Positions 8,363 through 18,724 are shown, counted from the first letter of the stretch. The stretch: DNA of 64,000 bases from an uncultured Gemmatimonadaceae bacterium (GCA_963817955.1 CAWFQK010000006.1:51007-115006), one strand, 5' to 3'. Notes: a model not told the origin generated them from the letters alone. Translations and numbers: made by a program.

Positions 8363-11300
8363 TCAGTCCGCTGCGTCGCCGCTCGTGCTCACGGCCACGC
8401 GACCGTCCATCGCCGCCACCGGCAGCACCTCGTGCCGCGGCTGACGGCCGAACGCGCTGGCCCACCGGCCCGATCGCTCACGCAGTGTGTCCATGTAGGT
8501 ATAGACCACCGGCGTCACGTAGAGCGTGATGAGCTGTGAGAACGCGAGGCCACCAACGACGGTCACGCCGAGTGGACGCCGGGACTCTGCGCCCGCACCC
8601 ATGGACAGCGCGATGGGCAGAGTTCCCATGAGCGCCGCCATCGTCGTCATCATGATCGGCCGGAAGCGGATGAGGCAAGCGTGCACGATGGCGTCGGCGG
8701 GAGCGCGGCCCTCCGACCGTTCCGCCTCGAGCGCGAAGTCGATCATCATGATCGCGTTCTTCTTGACCAGGCCAACGAGCAGGATGATACCGACGAACGC
8801 ATACACGCTCAGATCGATCTTGAAGATCATCAGCGTCAGGAGCGCACCGAATGCAGCGAACGGAAGTCCCGAAAGAATCGTGATGGGATGGATGAAGCTC
8901 TCGTACAGCACGCCCAGGACCACGTAGATCACAAAGACGGCGATCCCGAGCAGCGCGAGCATGCCGGCCTGCGTGGACTGGAACGCCTGGGCGGTGCCGG
9001 AGAATCCGGTGTTGATGGCGGCCGGCAGCACCTTGGTCGCAATGCGCTGCACCTCGTCGGTCGCCTGTCCAAGGGCGACACCCGGCCGGAGGTTGAACGA
9101 CATCGTGACGGACGGGAGCTGACCGGAGTGATTGACCGTCAAAGGTCCGGCACTCTGCGTGACCGATGCGACCGCGCTCAGCGGAACGAGTGCGCCGGTG
9201 TTCGAGCGAACATATAACAGGTCGAGGGCCGCCAGGTCGCGCTGGTACTGAGGCAGTATTTCCATCACGACCCAGTACTCGTTGTTCGGCGTGTAGATCG
9301 TCGATACCTGCCGCGCCCCGTACGCATTGTACAATGCCATTTCGATCTGCTCCGCCGTCACGCCCAGCGACGACGCGCGCTCGCGATCGATCTGCACACT
9401 GGCCTGCGGATTACTGAGCTGCAGATCGCTCGTCACGTCCTGAACCAGATTCGACTGCCGTACCTGGTCGGCGAGCTGCTGCGCCGCCGGATACAACTCC
9501 GCGATGTCCGAGCTCTGCATAGTGAACTGGTACAGGCTCTTCGAAACGCGGCCGCCGATCTGGATGGCCGGAGGATTCTGCATGTACACGGTGATCCCCG
9601 GCACCTTTGCCAACTTCGGACGCAGCTCCTTGATGATGTCGTCCACCGACAACCGCTGGTCGCGCGGCTTGAGGCCGATCAGGAACCGCCCCTGATTGAG
9701 CCCGGTCGTCATGCTGCCGCCACCCGTGGCCGACATGAATCCCGCGACATTGGTGTCTTGCTGCACCACGGCGGCGGCGGCCTGCTGATGGCGCACCATG
9801 TCTTCGAACGACGTCCCCTGCGCCGCTTCCGTCGTAGCGTAGAGCTGGCCGGTGTCCTGGCTGGGAATGAATCCCTTGGGGATGATGACGAACAACACCA
9901 CGGTACCAACGAGAATCAGACCGGAGAACACGATGGTCGTCCGCCGGTGCTGCATGACCCAGAGAAGACTCGTCCCGTACTTCTGCACGAGCCACTCGTA
10001 TGCGGCTTCGGTGATCTGATAGAGCCGTCCGTGCGTTTGTTCGGTGTGCGGCCGCAGGAACCGGCTCGACAACATCGGCGTCAGCGTGAGCGAGACGAAG
10101 CCCGACACGAGAATCGACGCAGCAATCGTGACGGCGAACTCGTGGAACAGACGGCCGACGATGCCGCCGAGGAACAGGATCGGGATGAAGACCGCCGTCA
10201 GCGAGATCGTCATCGACATGATCGTGAACCCAACTTCGGCCGCACCGTCCATGGCCGCGCGCATTGGCGGCTTTCCCATCTCCATGTGGCGGACGATGTT
10301 CTCGAGCATCACGATCGCGTCGTCCACCACGAAACCCACGGCGAGCGTCAGCGCCATGAGCGACAGGTTGTCCAGGCTGTAGTTCAGCGTGTACATCACC
10401 GCGAACGTGCCGATCACCGAGATGGGCAGCGCCAGACTCGGGATGAGCGTCGCGGAGACGTTGCGCAGGAACAGGAAGATCACGAGCACGACCAGCACGA
10501 GCGTCAGCACGAGCGTGAACTTCACGTCGGCCACCGATTCGCGAATGGACTGCGTTCGGTCGTACAAGCTCTGGACCGAGATCGACGCCGGAAGTTGCTT
10601 CTCGAGCGACTTCATCAGCTCATTCACGGCGGTGGCGACTTCCACCGTATTGCTGCCCGGCTGTCGCTGAACGGCAAGGACGATGGCGCGGCTGCTGCCG
10701 GACCAACTCGCCGCCTTGTTGTTCTGCACATCGTCGAGGACCAGGCCCAGGTCGCCCAGACGGACAGGCGCGCCGTTGCGATACGTGACGACGAGCTTGC
10801 GGAACCCGGCCGCGTCCTGCAATTGGCCGTTCGCCTGCACGGTATAGGCGCGATTCGGGCCGTTCAGCACACCGGTGGGCAGATTCACGTTCTGCGCGGC
10901 GATCGACGTCGCTACTTCGTCGATCCCGATCTGCCGCTGTGCCATGGCGCTCGGATCGAGCTGCACGCGCACCGCGTACTTCTGCGAGCCAAACACGTTC
11001 ACCTGTGCGACGCCTGGCACCATCGAAATGCGCTGCGCCATGAGCGTCTCGCCGTATTCGTCGAGCTGCGACAGTGGCATCAACGACGACGTCAGCGTGA
11101 AGTACAGAATGGCCCCGTCGGCCGGATTCACTTTCTGATACGACGGCGGAATGATGCCTGGCGGCAGATCGCGCAACGTCTTAGCGATCATTGCCTGGAC
11201 GTCCTGTGCGGCCGCGTCGATGTTCCGTTCCAGGTTGAACTGGATGGTGATCGACGTGACGCCCAGACCGGACGTCGACGTCATGTTGTCGATGCCGGCG

Positions 11301-11521
11301 ATCGTCGAGAACTGCTTCTCCAACGGCGTGGCGACGGCAGACGCCATCGTCTCGGGACTCGCGCCGGGCAGACTGGCGCTGACCGTGATGGTCGGAAAAT
11401 CGACCGTGGGCAGGTCACTCACCGGCAGACGGCGATACGCCGTGATGCCGAAGAAGAGAATCCCCGCCATCAGAAGGACCGTCGTGACGGGCCGCCGGAT
11501 GAACAGGTCGGAGAAGTTCAC
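8363..11521 (-). CDS. RND efflux permease (MdtB/MdtC-like, AcrB family)
   Basis: FIRRPVTT, LPGASPETMASAVATPLE, GFVVDDAIVMLEN, KKNAIMMIDFA, RFRPIMMTT. Confidence 0.95.
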   Translation of the reverse strand: MNFSDLFIRRPVTTVLLMAGILFFGITAYRRLPVSDLPTVDFPTITVSASLPGASPETMASAVATPLEKQFSTIAGIDNMTSTSGLGVTSITIQFNLERNIDAAAQDVQAMIAKTLRDLPPGIIPPSYQKVNPADGAILYFTLTSSLMPLSQLDEYGETLMAQRISMVPGVAQVNVFGSQKYAVRVQLDPSAMAQRQIGIDEVATSIAAQNVNLPTGVLNGPNRAYTVQANGQLQDAAGFRKLVVTYRNGAPVRLGDLGLVLDDVQNNKAASWSGSSRAIVLAVQRQPGSNTVEVATAVNELMKSLEKQLPASISVQSLYDRTQSIRESVADVKFTLVLTLVLVVLVIFLFLRNVSATLIPSLALPISVIGTFAVMYTLNYSLDNLSLMALTLAVGFVVDDAIVMLENIVRHMEMGKPPMRAAMDGAAEVGFTIMSMTISLTAVFIPILFLGGIVGRLFHEFAVTIAASILVSGFVSLTLTPMLSSRFLRPHTEQTHGRLYQITEAAYEWLVQKYGTSLLWVMQHRRTTIVFSGLILVGTVVLFVIIPKGFIPSQDTGQLYATTEAAQGTSFEDMVRHQQAAAAVVQQDTNVAGFMSATGGGSMTTGLNQGRFLIGLKPRDQRLSVDDIIKELRPKLAKVPGITVYMQNPPAIQIGGRVSKSLYQFTMQSSDIAELYPAAQQLADQVRQSNLVQDVTSDLQLSNPQASVQIDRERASSLGVTAEQIEMALYNAYGARQVSTIYTPNNEYWVVMEILPQYQRDLAALDLLYVRSNTGALVPLSAVASVTQSAGPLTVNHSGQLPSVTMSFNLRPGVALGQATDEVQRIATKVLPAAINTGFSGTAQAFQSTQAGMLALLGIAVFVIYVVLGVLYESFIHPITILSGLPFAAFGALLTLMIFKIDLSVYAFVGIILLVGLVKKNAIMMIDFALEAERSEGRAPADAIVHACLIRFRPIMMTTMAALMGTLPIALSMGAGAESRRPLGVTVVGGLAFSQLITLYVTPVVYTYMDTLRERSGRWASAFGRQPRHEVLPVAAMDGRVAVSTSGDAAD

Positions 11522-12639
11522 TTCGACGCCTGCTTCACGGCCGGTTGTGCTGTCGATGTCTTCACGTCGACCTTGATGTTGGGAGTCAACCGCGACTGCC
11601 CGTCGACGACGATCTGTTCTCCCATTGCGAGTCCTTTGTCAATCGTCGTGAGCTCGCCAACGGCCCGTCCGACGGTCACCGGGCGTACCTGCGCTGTCTT
11701 GTCGGCGCCCACGACGAACACGTAGCTGCCTTGTTGCCCCGATTGCACGGCGCGCGTCGGCACGGCGATCGCATTGAGCTCAACGCTGAGTTCGACGCTC
11801 ACCCGGACATACTCGCCGGGCCACAAGGTGTTCAGGTGATTCTCAAATCGCGACTTGGCCGTCACCGTTCCGGTCAGCGAATCCACCGCGTTGTCGAGAA
11901 ATGCGAGCGCACCGACCTCTCCCACCTTGCCACTGTCCGCCATTACGACGCGGACCGGCACCGGGCCGCGCGCGTTGCGCCGCTGCAGTGCGGGAAAGTC
12001 ATGCTGCGCCACCGGAAAGCGGACGAGAATGGGATGCAACTGGTTGATGACGACCAGCGGATCCGAGCCCGGCTTGACGAGATTCCCCTGCCGCACGAGC
12101 AGGCGCCCGGTGCGACCGGCGATCGGCGCGCGGATCGTGGTGTAATTCAAATTGAGTCGGGCGTTGTCGACGGTGGCCTTGTCTGCCTGCACCGTGGCGC
12201 TGGTGGCCGTCGCGGCAGACGCCACCTGATCGGCTTGCGACTTGGTGACATAGTCCTTCTCCACGAGCGCCTTGTAGCGATCCGCGTCGCGCTGTGCGTT
12301 CTGTGCCTGCGCTTCGTCGCGTGCCAACGTGGCTTGTGCCTGCCGCAGCGCCGCTTCAAAAGGACGTGGATCAAGACGGAACAGCACTTGGCCGGCCTGC
12401 ACGTCATCGCCTTCGCGGAACGACACGGCATCGAGTGTTCCGCCCACCTGGGCTTGCACGGCCACCGTTTGCATGGGCTCGACGATGCCGTTCTCTTCGA
12501 GCGTCAGTGGCGCGGAGATCGTCGAGGCCTGCGCGACCTGGACGGGAATGGTTGGCGTTTTCTGGACGGGCGGCGTGGCGCACGCGGCCAAGGCGATCGC
12601 AGAGAGGGCTACAGGAATTCGATATGAATGGATACTCAT
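11518..12639 (-). CDS. RND membrane fusion protein (MdtA-like lipoprotein)
   Basis: Lipobox ALAAC; FREGDDVQAGQVLFRLDPRPF, TIRAPIAGRTG, DNAVDSLTGTV. Confidence 0.93.
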   Translation of the reverse strand: MSIHSYRIPVALSAIALAACATPPVQKTPTIPVQVAQASTISAPLTLEENGIVEPMQTVAVQAQVGGTLDAVSFREGDDVQAGQVLFRLDPRPFEAALRQAQATLARDEAQAQNAQRDADRYKALVEKDYVTKSQADQVASAATATSATVQADKATVDNARLNLNYTTIRAPIAGRTGRLLVRQGNLVKPGSDPLVVINQLHPILVRFPVAQHDFPALQRRNARGPVPVRVVMADSGKVGEVGALAFLDNAVDSLTGTVTAKSRFENHLNTLWPGEYVRVSVELSVELNAIAVPTRAVQSGQQGSYVFVVGADKTAQVRPVTVGRAVGELTTIDKGLAMGEQIVVDGQSRLTPNIKVDVKTSTAQPAVKQASK

Positions 12640-14087
12640 CGGCCGGGTCTCGCGTCCGGTGCCGGTGTCACGGGCATGAAGGTGGTGTCGCCGCGCGCGT
12701 CGAGCACGCCGGCGTCATGGGCGAGCTGGGCCAGGGCCGTGCGCCACTGCCAGCGCGCATCGACCGCTTGGGCGCTGGCGGTCGCGAGCGCGCTCTGCGC
12801 CACGAGGAGATCGACGATACTGCCGACCCCTTCGCGGTAGCGCTCGCGTGCCACCTGCTCCGATTGCGTGGCGCTCGCCAGAAGGTCCCGCGACGTCCGC
12901 ACCTGATCGGTGGCTGTCCGCAGCGTGTAGTACGCGTTGAATACCTGCTGCACGATCTGCTGCCGCGTCAACTCGGTACGGGCGAGCGCCGCCTGATACT
13001 GCTCCGACGCCGACGCAACGTCATACTGTTGCGACTGACCGCTGAACACCGGAATGGACACCCCGAGGTTCAGGGCGTACGTGCGACCGGCAAACGTGGA
13101 GACATTCGATCCATTCGACCCGCCCACGCCGGTGAGCGCCAGCGCCGGAAGCATGGCCGATCGCGCCACGCGAATCTGAGACGACGCCGCCATGGCCTGC
13201 GCTCGCGCCGTGGCCAGCTCGGGGCGGTTCTGCACGGCCAGGTTGATCAGCGAATCCACCGACTGCGCCACGAAGTACACGGAATCGCCGGCGGGAATAT
13301 TGGGAATGTCTACCGGCGTATTGGCGGGAACGCCCATCGCCACCGCGAGTCCGCCACGGGTGATTTGCAGCGCGCCCTCCAACGACTCCAGCTGGAGCTC
13401 CGCCTGCGAGCGCGCAGTCTGTGCCTGCAACACATCGGCGATCGTCGCCAGTCCGACGCGGTGCCGTTCGTTCGCTGCATCCAATGCGGCCGCCGCCAAC
13501 TGCACCGAGCTTTGCTGCGCATCGCGTTGCGCCCGGGTCGACAGATAGCTGAACGCCGCCGCCTCCACCTGCAGAATGGTGTTCTGGACGGTCGCGTTGT
13601 GCGTCAGATCGGCGGCCACCGCGGTCTGCCGAGCGACGTCGATCATCCCCGAGCGTCCTCCGAAATCCAGCACGGTGTACGACAGGCTGAGCGACGGTCC
13701 GTAGACCATGCGCCCCACCGGCGGACGCCCCAGGGTGGCGAGCGATGTTTGCTGCGTCCCCGTGAGGCCGGCGGTCAGCGTCGGCAGATATTTGCCTTCG
13801 CTCGAGCCATACACATCGGCAGCCGCGCGCGCCTGCGACCAGGACATCCGCGTCGCCGGGCTATTGCGCAACGCGAGGTCGACGATTTGTGGCAGCGTGA
13901 GTTGCCGTGCCGCGCTCACCGACAGATGCACGGCACCGGTGTCGCGCGCCGGCTGAGGCTTCACCGTCTCTCCCTGCAGCCACGAGCTCCCCGGACTGGA
14001 CGGCGTCGGAGCGACGCCGTCGATGTCCGGCGGATGCGTCGCACATGCGGCGCACAGTACTGCGGCCGCAATAGCCCAACGTGTCAC
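12636..14087 (-). CDS. TolC-family outer membrane efflux protein
   Basis: LTLPQIVDLALRNSP, ERHRVGLATIADVLQAQ, RYREGVGSIVDLLVAQ. Confidence 0.92.
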   Translation of the reverse strand: MTRWAIAAAVLCAACATHPPDIDGVAPTPSSPGSSWLQGETVKPQPARDTGAVHLSVSAARQLTLPQIVDLALRNSPATRMSWSQARAAADVYGSSEGKYLPTLTAGLTGTQQTSLATLGRPPVGRMVYGPSLSLSYTVLDFGGRSGMIDVARQTAVAADLTHNATVQNTILQVEAAAFSYLSTRAQRDAQQSSVQLAAAALDAANERHRVGLATIADVLQAQTARSQAELQLESLEGALQITRGGLAVAMGVPANTPVDIPNIPAGDSVYFVAQSVDSLINLAVQNRPELATARAQAMAASSQIRVARSAMLPALALTGVGGSNGSNVSTFAGRTYALNLGVSIPVFSGQSQQYDVASASEQYQAALARTELTRQQIVQQVFNAYYTLRTATDQVRTSRDLLASATQSEQVARERYREGVGSIVDLLVAQSALATASAQAVDARWQWRTALAQLAHDAGVLDARGDTTFMPVTPAPDARPGR

Positions 14088-15319
14088 GGCGTAGCCTTCG
14101 CCTCACGAACCACCGGCGCCGCGGTACGCCGGAGATTCGCGGCGATCGCCAGCTTGGGCGGGGTGGTAGGCTTTGTCGTCATGATCGCGCCGAGTTGCAC
14201 GACCTTGTCGCCCTCCTTCAATCCGTCGATCACCTGCACCACGCGAAGGTCCGTGGGACCGGTCTTCACGAAGCGCATTTCATAGGTGCCATCAGGCAGC
14301 GCCACCACCGCGTAGCGGCCCGGCACGCCGGTCGTTCCCTCTCCCCCCGTCAGATCGGTTCGCAACTGAGCGATCAACGTGTCGACGGATACACCGAACA
14401 TCCGCGACACCGGCGCCAACTCATTCGTCGGCCGGATGGCATCGATCGGAACTTGCAGGGTGTTCTTGAGGTCGCCGGCGCTGATGGTCACTTCGCCGTT
14501 CATGCCCGGCATCAACAGGCCTTCCTTGTTGTCGATGCTCACCAGCACGGGGAAGAACGTCACGCCCTGCGTGACGACGGCCTGCGGCTCCACCTTCTCG
14601 ATTGTGCCCAAGAAATCGCGGTCCCGATAGGCATCCACTGCAACCGTCGCTTTCTGACCGACGCGCACGTTGGCCATCTCCACTTCGTCGATCGTCACGC
14701 GCATGCGAACGCGCGACAGATCGGCGATCGTCATCAGCGTGGTACCGCCGTTGGGCGACGTCGCTGACGTGATGATCGTTCCCTGGGTCGTCGGCCGGCT
14801 GACGATCGTACCGGAGATTGGCGCTTCCATCGTGGCGTCCTCGAGCTTCTGGCGTGCCAGATCCAGATTGGCGCGCTTGTCCACCAGGTCAGAAGCCGCC
14901 GCCGAATACGTCGATTTCGAGCTGTCATGTGCCGAGGCGGTCACCACATGGCGTACGAACAGCGAATCCAACCGCGCACGATCACGCATGACCTGGTTCA
15001 ACGTCGTCATGGAGACAACGTCGTCGGCCATTGCCTGATCGTACTGATTCTTCACGTCACGCGGGTCGATCACCGCGATGATCTGGTTTCGCTTTACGAC
15101 ACTGCCGACTTCCACGGGCAGCTGCGTGACCATGCCCTGAGCCTTCGATTTGACGTCCACCGGGTCGATCGGCTCGACCACGCCGGTGGCCTGGACGCGG
15201 ATGGCGATATCGGCCTTGGAAGCGGTGTCCGTGGGAATGTTCGCCATCGCGGTCTGCTCGGCCTGGCAGCCGGCAATGGCAATCGCAACGAGGAGCGGGG
15301 AGATGCGTCGCAGAAACAT
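14084..15319 (-). CDS. Second membrane fusion protein (MacA/HlyD-like lipoprotein)
   Basis: Lipobox IAGC; VQATGVVEP, VKSKAQG, APISGTI, IDEVEMANVRVGQ, LMPGMNGEV. Confidence 0.88.
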   Translation of the reverse strand: MFLRRISPLLVAIAIAGCQAEQTAMANIPTDTASKADIAIRVQATGVVEPIDPVDVKSKAQGMVTQLPVEVGSVVKRNQIIAVIDPRDVKNQYDQAMADDVVSMTTLNQVMRDRARLDSLFVRHVVTASAHDSSKSTYSAAASDLVDKRANLDLARQKLEDATMEAPISGTIVSRPTTQGTIITSATSPNGGTTLMTIADLSRVRMRVTIDEVEMANVRVGQKATVAVDAYRDRDFLGTIEKVEPQAVVTQGVTFFPVLVSIDNKEGLLMPGMNGEVTISAGDLKNTLQVPIDAIRPTNELAPVSRMFGVSVDTLIAQLRTDLTGGEGTTGVPGRYAVVALPDGTYEMRFVKTGPTDLRVVQVIDGLKEGDKVVQLGAIMTTKPTTPPKLAIAANLRRTAAPVVREAKATP

Positions 15320-15331
15320 GGAAGGAAATTG

Positions 15332-15775
15332 TTAGGGGGCTTGGCCAGTGGACACGAGCTGCTCGCGACTGCGCTGCTGTAGGCGGCGGAACGCATCGCG
15401 CTGTGGGCCGGTGAGGACTTTCTCGATGTCGGCACGCACGTCCGTCACGAGACGGTCGACGCGCGGACGAATATCTTCACGGAGCGCGCTGAATTGTCCG
15501 GCGCGTTCGGACATGATACGGTCGATCGCGCTGTCCTGATTCGCCGTCAGAGCGAGCGCGTGTGACAACTGCGCAAGGTACTGCTGTCGGTCTTCCGTCG
15601 TCGGAGACCGGAGGACGGACGACAACGGATGGAATGTCGTGTCATACAACGGCACGATGCGGTCCGAGCGGAGCATGGCGCGGTCTATCGCTGCGCCAGC
15701 AAACCCGCTTCCCAGCACGAGCCCGACCAGGGCGACCACTGCCCGCGAGCGCGAGGTACCGCCCGATTGGATCAT
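15332..15775 (-). CDS. Membrane-anchored periplasmic helical protein (Spy/CpxP- or heavy-metal-sensor-like)
   Basis: Start MIQSGGT via TAATG overlap; N-terminal TM; LALTANQ...IEKVLTGPQ resembles LTxxQ motifs. Confidence 0.6.
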   Translation of the reverse strand: MIQSGGTSRSRAVVALVGLVLGSGFAGAAIDRAMLRSDRIVPLYDTTFHPLSSVLRSPTTEDRQQYLAQLSHALALTANQDSAIDRIMSERAGQFSALREDIRPRVDRLVTDVRADIEKVLTGPQRDAFRRLQQRSREQLVSTGQAP

Positions 15776-16170
15776 TACCGCGAACCTCGCACGCGCGCAC
15801 CCGGTGCGACCTCGGTCGTCACCAGCAAGTCGAGCAGATTCTGAGACGACATACGATTCGTGGCGGCGCCGAGTAGGGCGATGCGCGGCGCCGGGAACAC
15901 GTCCGGGTTCCGCCGAGTGGACGCGACGAAGAGACAGAGTCCTGCGGCGAGAGCAGTCAGGGCGCCACATGGGATCAACAGGCCGGCCCAACGCTCCGCA
16001 TAGTCCCAGATAGTTTGGCCAGCCGCGCGCGCGCCAAGCTCGGACGCGGCGGCGGCGCAGATACGCGCGCTCAGATCGGTCAGATCACGGAGACCAATAG
16101 AAGCCGCGGCGCCAGACTGGTGCAGCAAATCGGCGAGCGCATTGTCGCGCGCGGGATCGTGACGCCTCAT
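15775..16170 (-). CDS. Single-TM protein, putative anti-sigma factor
   Basis: Overlaps the ECF sigma stop (ATGA); one TM (LLIPCGALTALAAGLCLFVA). Confidence 0.55.
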   Translation of the reverse strand: MRRHDPARDNALADLLHQSGAAASIGLRDLTDLSARICAAAASELGARAAGQTIWDYAERWAGLLIPCGALTALAAGLCLFVASTRRNPDVFPAPRIALLGAATNRMSSQNLLDLLVTTEVAPGARVRGSR

Positions 16171-16856
16171 GCGCTCACGCCGCGAAGGTGCACCAGCGCA
16201 TCGCGGAGCTGGCGCCGGCCAACGTGGAGGTGCCAGCGGATGGTTGCGGGCGATGAATCCAAGAACTCGGCGATCTCATTAATGGAGAAACCGTCGAGCT
16301 CGAATAGCTCCACCACCATTCGCCGGCGGGGGGGCAGGACGGCGACGGCCCGTCGAACGCGATCGAACAGGTCCGACCGCTCGACGCGAGCCGAAGGCAA
16401 TTCGCCGCCATCGGTGAACTGATCCGAGAGGGGTTCGGTAGAGCGAAGGGACCGGGACGCGGCCAGGTCGATACCGCGATTGACGATGATACGCGACAGC
16501 CACGGCCAGAAGGGGCGATTGGCGTCGAAGTCGCCGATATGTCGCAATGCTGACAGAAAGGCGTCCTGGACGAGGTCCTCGGCGTCCTGTTTCTGTCGGA
16601 GAAGGCGCGTGGCCAGTGCCAGAGCGCGCGGAAGATGCTGCCCGACCAACGTTCCGAACGCCGAGCTGTCTCCTTCACGCACCGCCTGTATGAGACGCTG
16701 CTCCGCGGCCGCCTCGTCCGTGAGTAGGACGGGTCGGGAGAATTCGCGTGTTGACGCGACGGTTGGGGCAGTTGGGGCGGCCAGGGGGCCGCTCTGGAGA
16801 GGGCGTTTCATTTCCATAGATAGGTACGGCCACCCTCGCCCCGGCGTTTGGTCCAC
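16167..16856 (-). CDS. ECF RNA polymerase sigma factor
   Basis: GDSSAFGTLV, DAEDLVQDAF, FWPWLSRI, LPPRRRMVV...SINEIAEFL...TIRWHL; start uncertain. Confidence 0.92.
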   Translation of the reverse strand: MDQTPGRGWPYLSMEMKRPLQSGPLAAPTAPTVASTREFSRPVLLTDEAAAEQRLIQAVREGDSSAFGTLVGQHLPRALALATRLLRQKQDAEDLVQDAFLSALRHIGDFDANRPFWPWLSRIIVNRGIDLAASRSLRSTEPLSDQFTDGGELPSARVERSDLFDRVRRAVAVLPPRRRMVVELFELDGFSINEIAEFLDSSPATIRWHLHVGRRQLRDALVHLRGVSA

Positions 16857-17125
16857 CGGTATTGCGCTCGCACCGGAAGGGAAGCAAAGCGGCGCCCCGA
16901 ACGAGAGGCGCCGCCACGTTCATTCTATTGACGTTACGCGTCCTGGGGACGGACTGTTGTGGGACACGGGACCGGCGTCGCTCATTTCGTTGTCGTGTCA
17001 GCTACTGGCAGGCATGCCGACTGCACGGTGTGCTGGCCTCGAACAGGTCGCGACGTGCGATCGGGTCAGTCTCCATACTATGGCGAGAGGTCCCATGCGT
17101 AGACATCTCTTCTTTCAGACGCTGG

Positions 17126-17960
17126 CTATTGCGCATCTGGTGGCGGTTCGCCGACGCCCCGATTGCTTAGCGAGTCGAGGTCGAGCCTGCGGGTGTTCCG
17201 AACATCATGCAACGTGAACGCATCCTCGGAGACCACCATCACATGTTTCAGTTTGACGCCTTCAATTCCGTCAAACACCTTCTTGAATCCCGGAACAAAG
17301 TCGTCTTCCAACGGATGTCGGACCAGCTCCTTGCCGAACTCCTCCACCCGCATCGTGACCCAGACAGAGGGAATGACGTACGACTCGTTCGCAGACAATT
17401 CGTCATCGCGAGGAGTCACAAGAAGGTAGACGCCGGTAAAATGAGCTCCCCATTTTTTGTACAGCCTCTCGAGCCTTTCGGATGATTCGTCGAGGCGGCG
17501 TACGAACTCGTTGGGAAATGAATCGCGCCTGTAACGACGCGCCAACCACGAACCAACCAGGCGGCACTGGTCGCGCGAGAGGGGAGTCGACGAGTCGGGG
17601 CCCGCCGCCTCCAAGATTCGTCGGTCTATTTCTCGGCGCTCAAGTGCGGATAGCTCCACCGCTGTGGCTTCGTTGGCGGCAACCAGGTTTAGATGCAGTC
17701 TCCGCAGACTCTTGCCGTGAAGAAGACTACCGTTCGCTTCGGCAATTATGGTCCCGCGGATAATTTCGACGCGGGGCTCGACCACATAGTTCTTGTGCGC
17801 AACATCGCAATCCTGACTGACGACGATTGCTCGGTGGGCCTCTGGCGAGAACTCTAGACCCGTCGCTTCACTGAGTGACGCAAATAGGGAGGGTGGTACA
17901 GACGGAACCTTGCCGCCATCCAAGTTTGTTCACCGCCGAGGCGTCTTGGTTCGTCGACAC
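17126..17960 (-). CDS. Hypothetical protein with PemK/MazF-like features; probable +1 frameshift at ~17900
   Basis: Main ORF 17126-17923 has AIVVSQDCDV. An upstream GTG at 17960 gives MSTNQDASAVNKLGWRQGSV, which joins VPPSLF if one T is removed. Confidence 0.6.
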
Positions 17961-17977
17961 GACTTAACCGCTTTCGT

Positions 17978-18724
17978 TCAGTCAAGCGATTCGTCATTCA
18001 AGGCATCGATACGCAGTTGCCCAATGTCATCTGGCGCCGAGGATATGCCGTACTCCTTCATGACGCTCGCGACAGACCGGTAACCGGAACGCTGCCTGCG
18101 CGACTCAGTGGCGCTGAGCGAGTCGCTGATAACGGACAGCGCCCTTTGTACGCGGCCGATATCAATTTCTGGCTCCATCAGGAGAGATACTAGCGACTCT
18201 CCGTCCTCCAGCGGTGCAATGAGAAGCTTGCCAACCGGCCCCGAGTGTCGACGCGACCAGTCGGTAGCGATGTCGTAGAGCTGTTTCAGTCTTTGAAGCT
18301 GGACGCGACGTGGCGACGCCCCTCTTAGCCATGAATAGATGGCCGGACGGCCGACTTGCATCGCCTCCGCGAGTTGCGAGACGTTCAGCGACAACGCCCG
18401 ACGAACAGCCCTCAATCGGTCTGTGACCGAAACGGCTAGCTCATCGTTCCCACCAGACGTCGCGGGCACGTCATGAACGGTTGTTGCACGCGCGTCGACG
18501 ACATAGGGGCTTGTGCTCGGAAAGGTTGAGACGTAGGCCGGAGCAGTGAACCCGCCGGTGCCGACCGTGAACAGCAGTCCGAGCAGGACCATGAGGTCTG
18601 CTGGCTGATAGCGCCCCAAGAACGAGGTTGTCGCCGTGGGATATCCGGAGTTCAACGACGAAGCAATGGCTTCGGAATACCCAGCTTCGAGCAAACCAGA
18701 AGCAGGTTCACCAATCATTTCCAT
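17978..18724 (-). CDS. XRE/Cro-like HTH protein with long N-terminal extension
   Basis: LRAVRRALSLNVSQLAEAMQVGRPAIYSWLRG HTH; N-terminal hydrophobic LMVLLGLLFTVGTGG; overlaps the upstream gene's stop. Confidence 0.8.
   Translation of the reverse strand: MEMIGEPASGLLEAGYSEAIASSLNSGYPTATTSFLGRYQPADLMVLLGLLFTVGTGGFTAPAYVSTFPSTSPYVVDARATTVHDVPATSGGNDELAVSVTDRLRAVRRALSLNVSQLAEAMQVGRPAIYSWLRGASPRRVQLQRLKQLYDIATDWSRRHSGPVGKLLIAPLEDGESLVSLLMEPEIDIGRVQRALSVISDSLSATESRRQRSGYRSVASVMKEYGISSAPDDIGQLRIDALNDESLD

Noticed and set aside
9758..14285. Long + strand ORFs (655 aa, 360 aa, 663 aa), and similar ones such as 1636-3273 and 34774-37155
   Set aside because: Antisense shadows of well-supported genes in high-GC DNA; no recognisable motifs.
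16860..17125. attR-type duplication of the tRNA 3' end or an integrase at the far side of the islet
   Set aside because: I found no copy of the tRNA-Cys or tRNA-Phe 3' end and no integrase-like ORF, so the islet cannot be called an intact integrative element.
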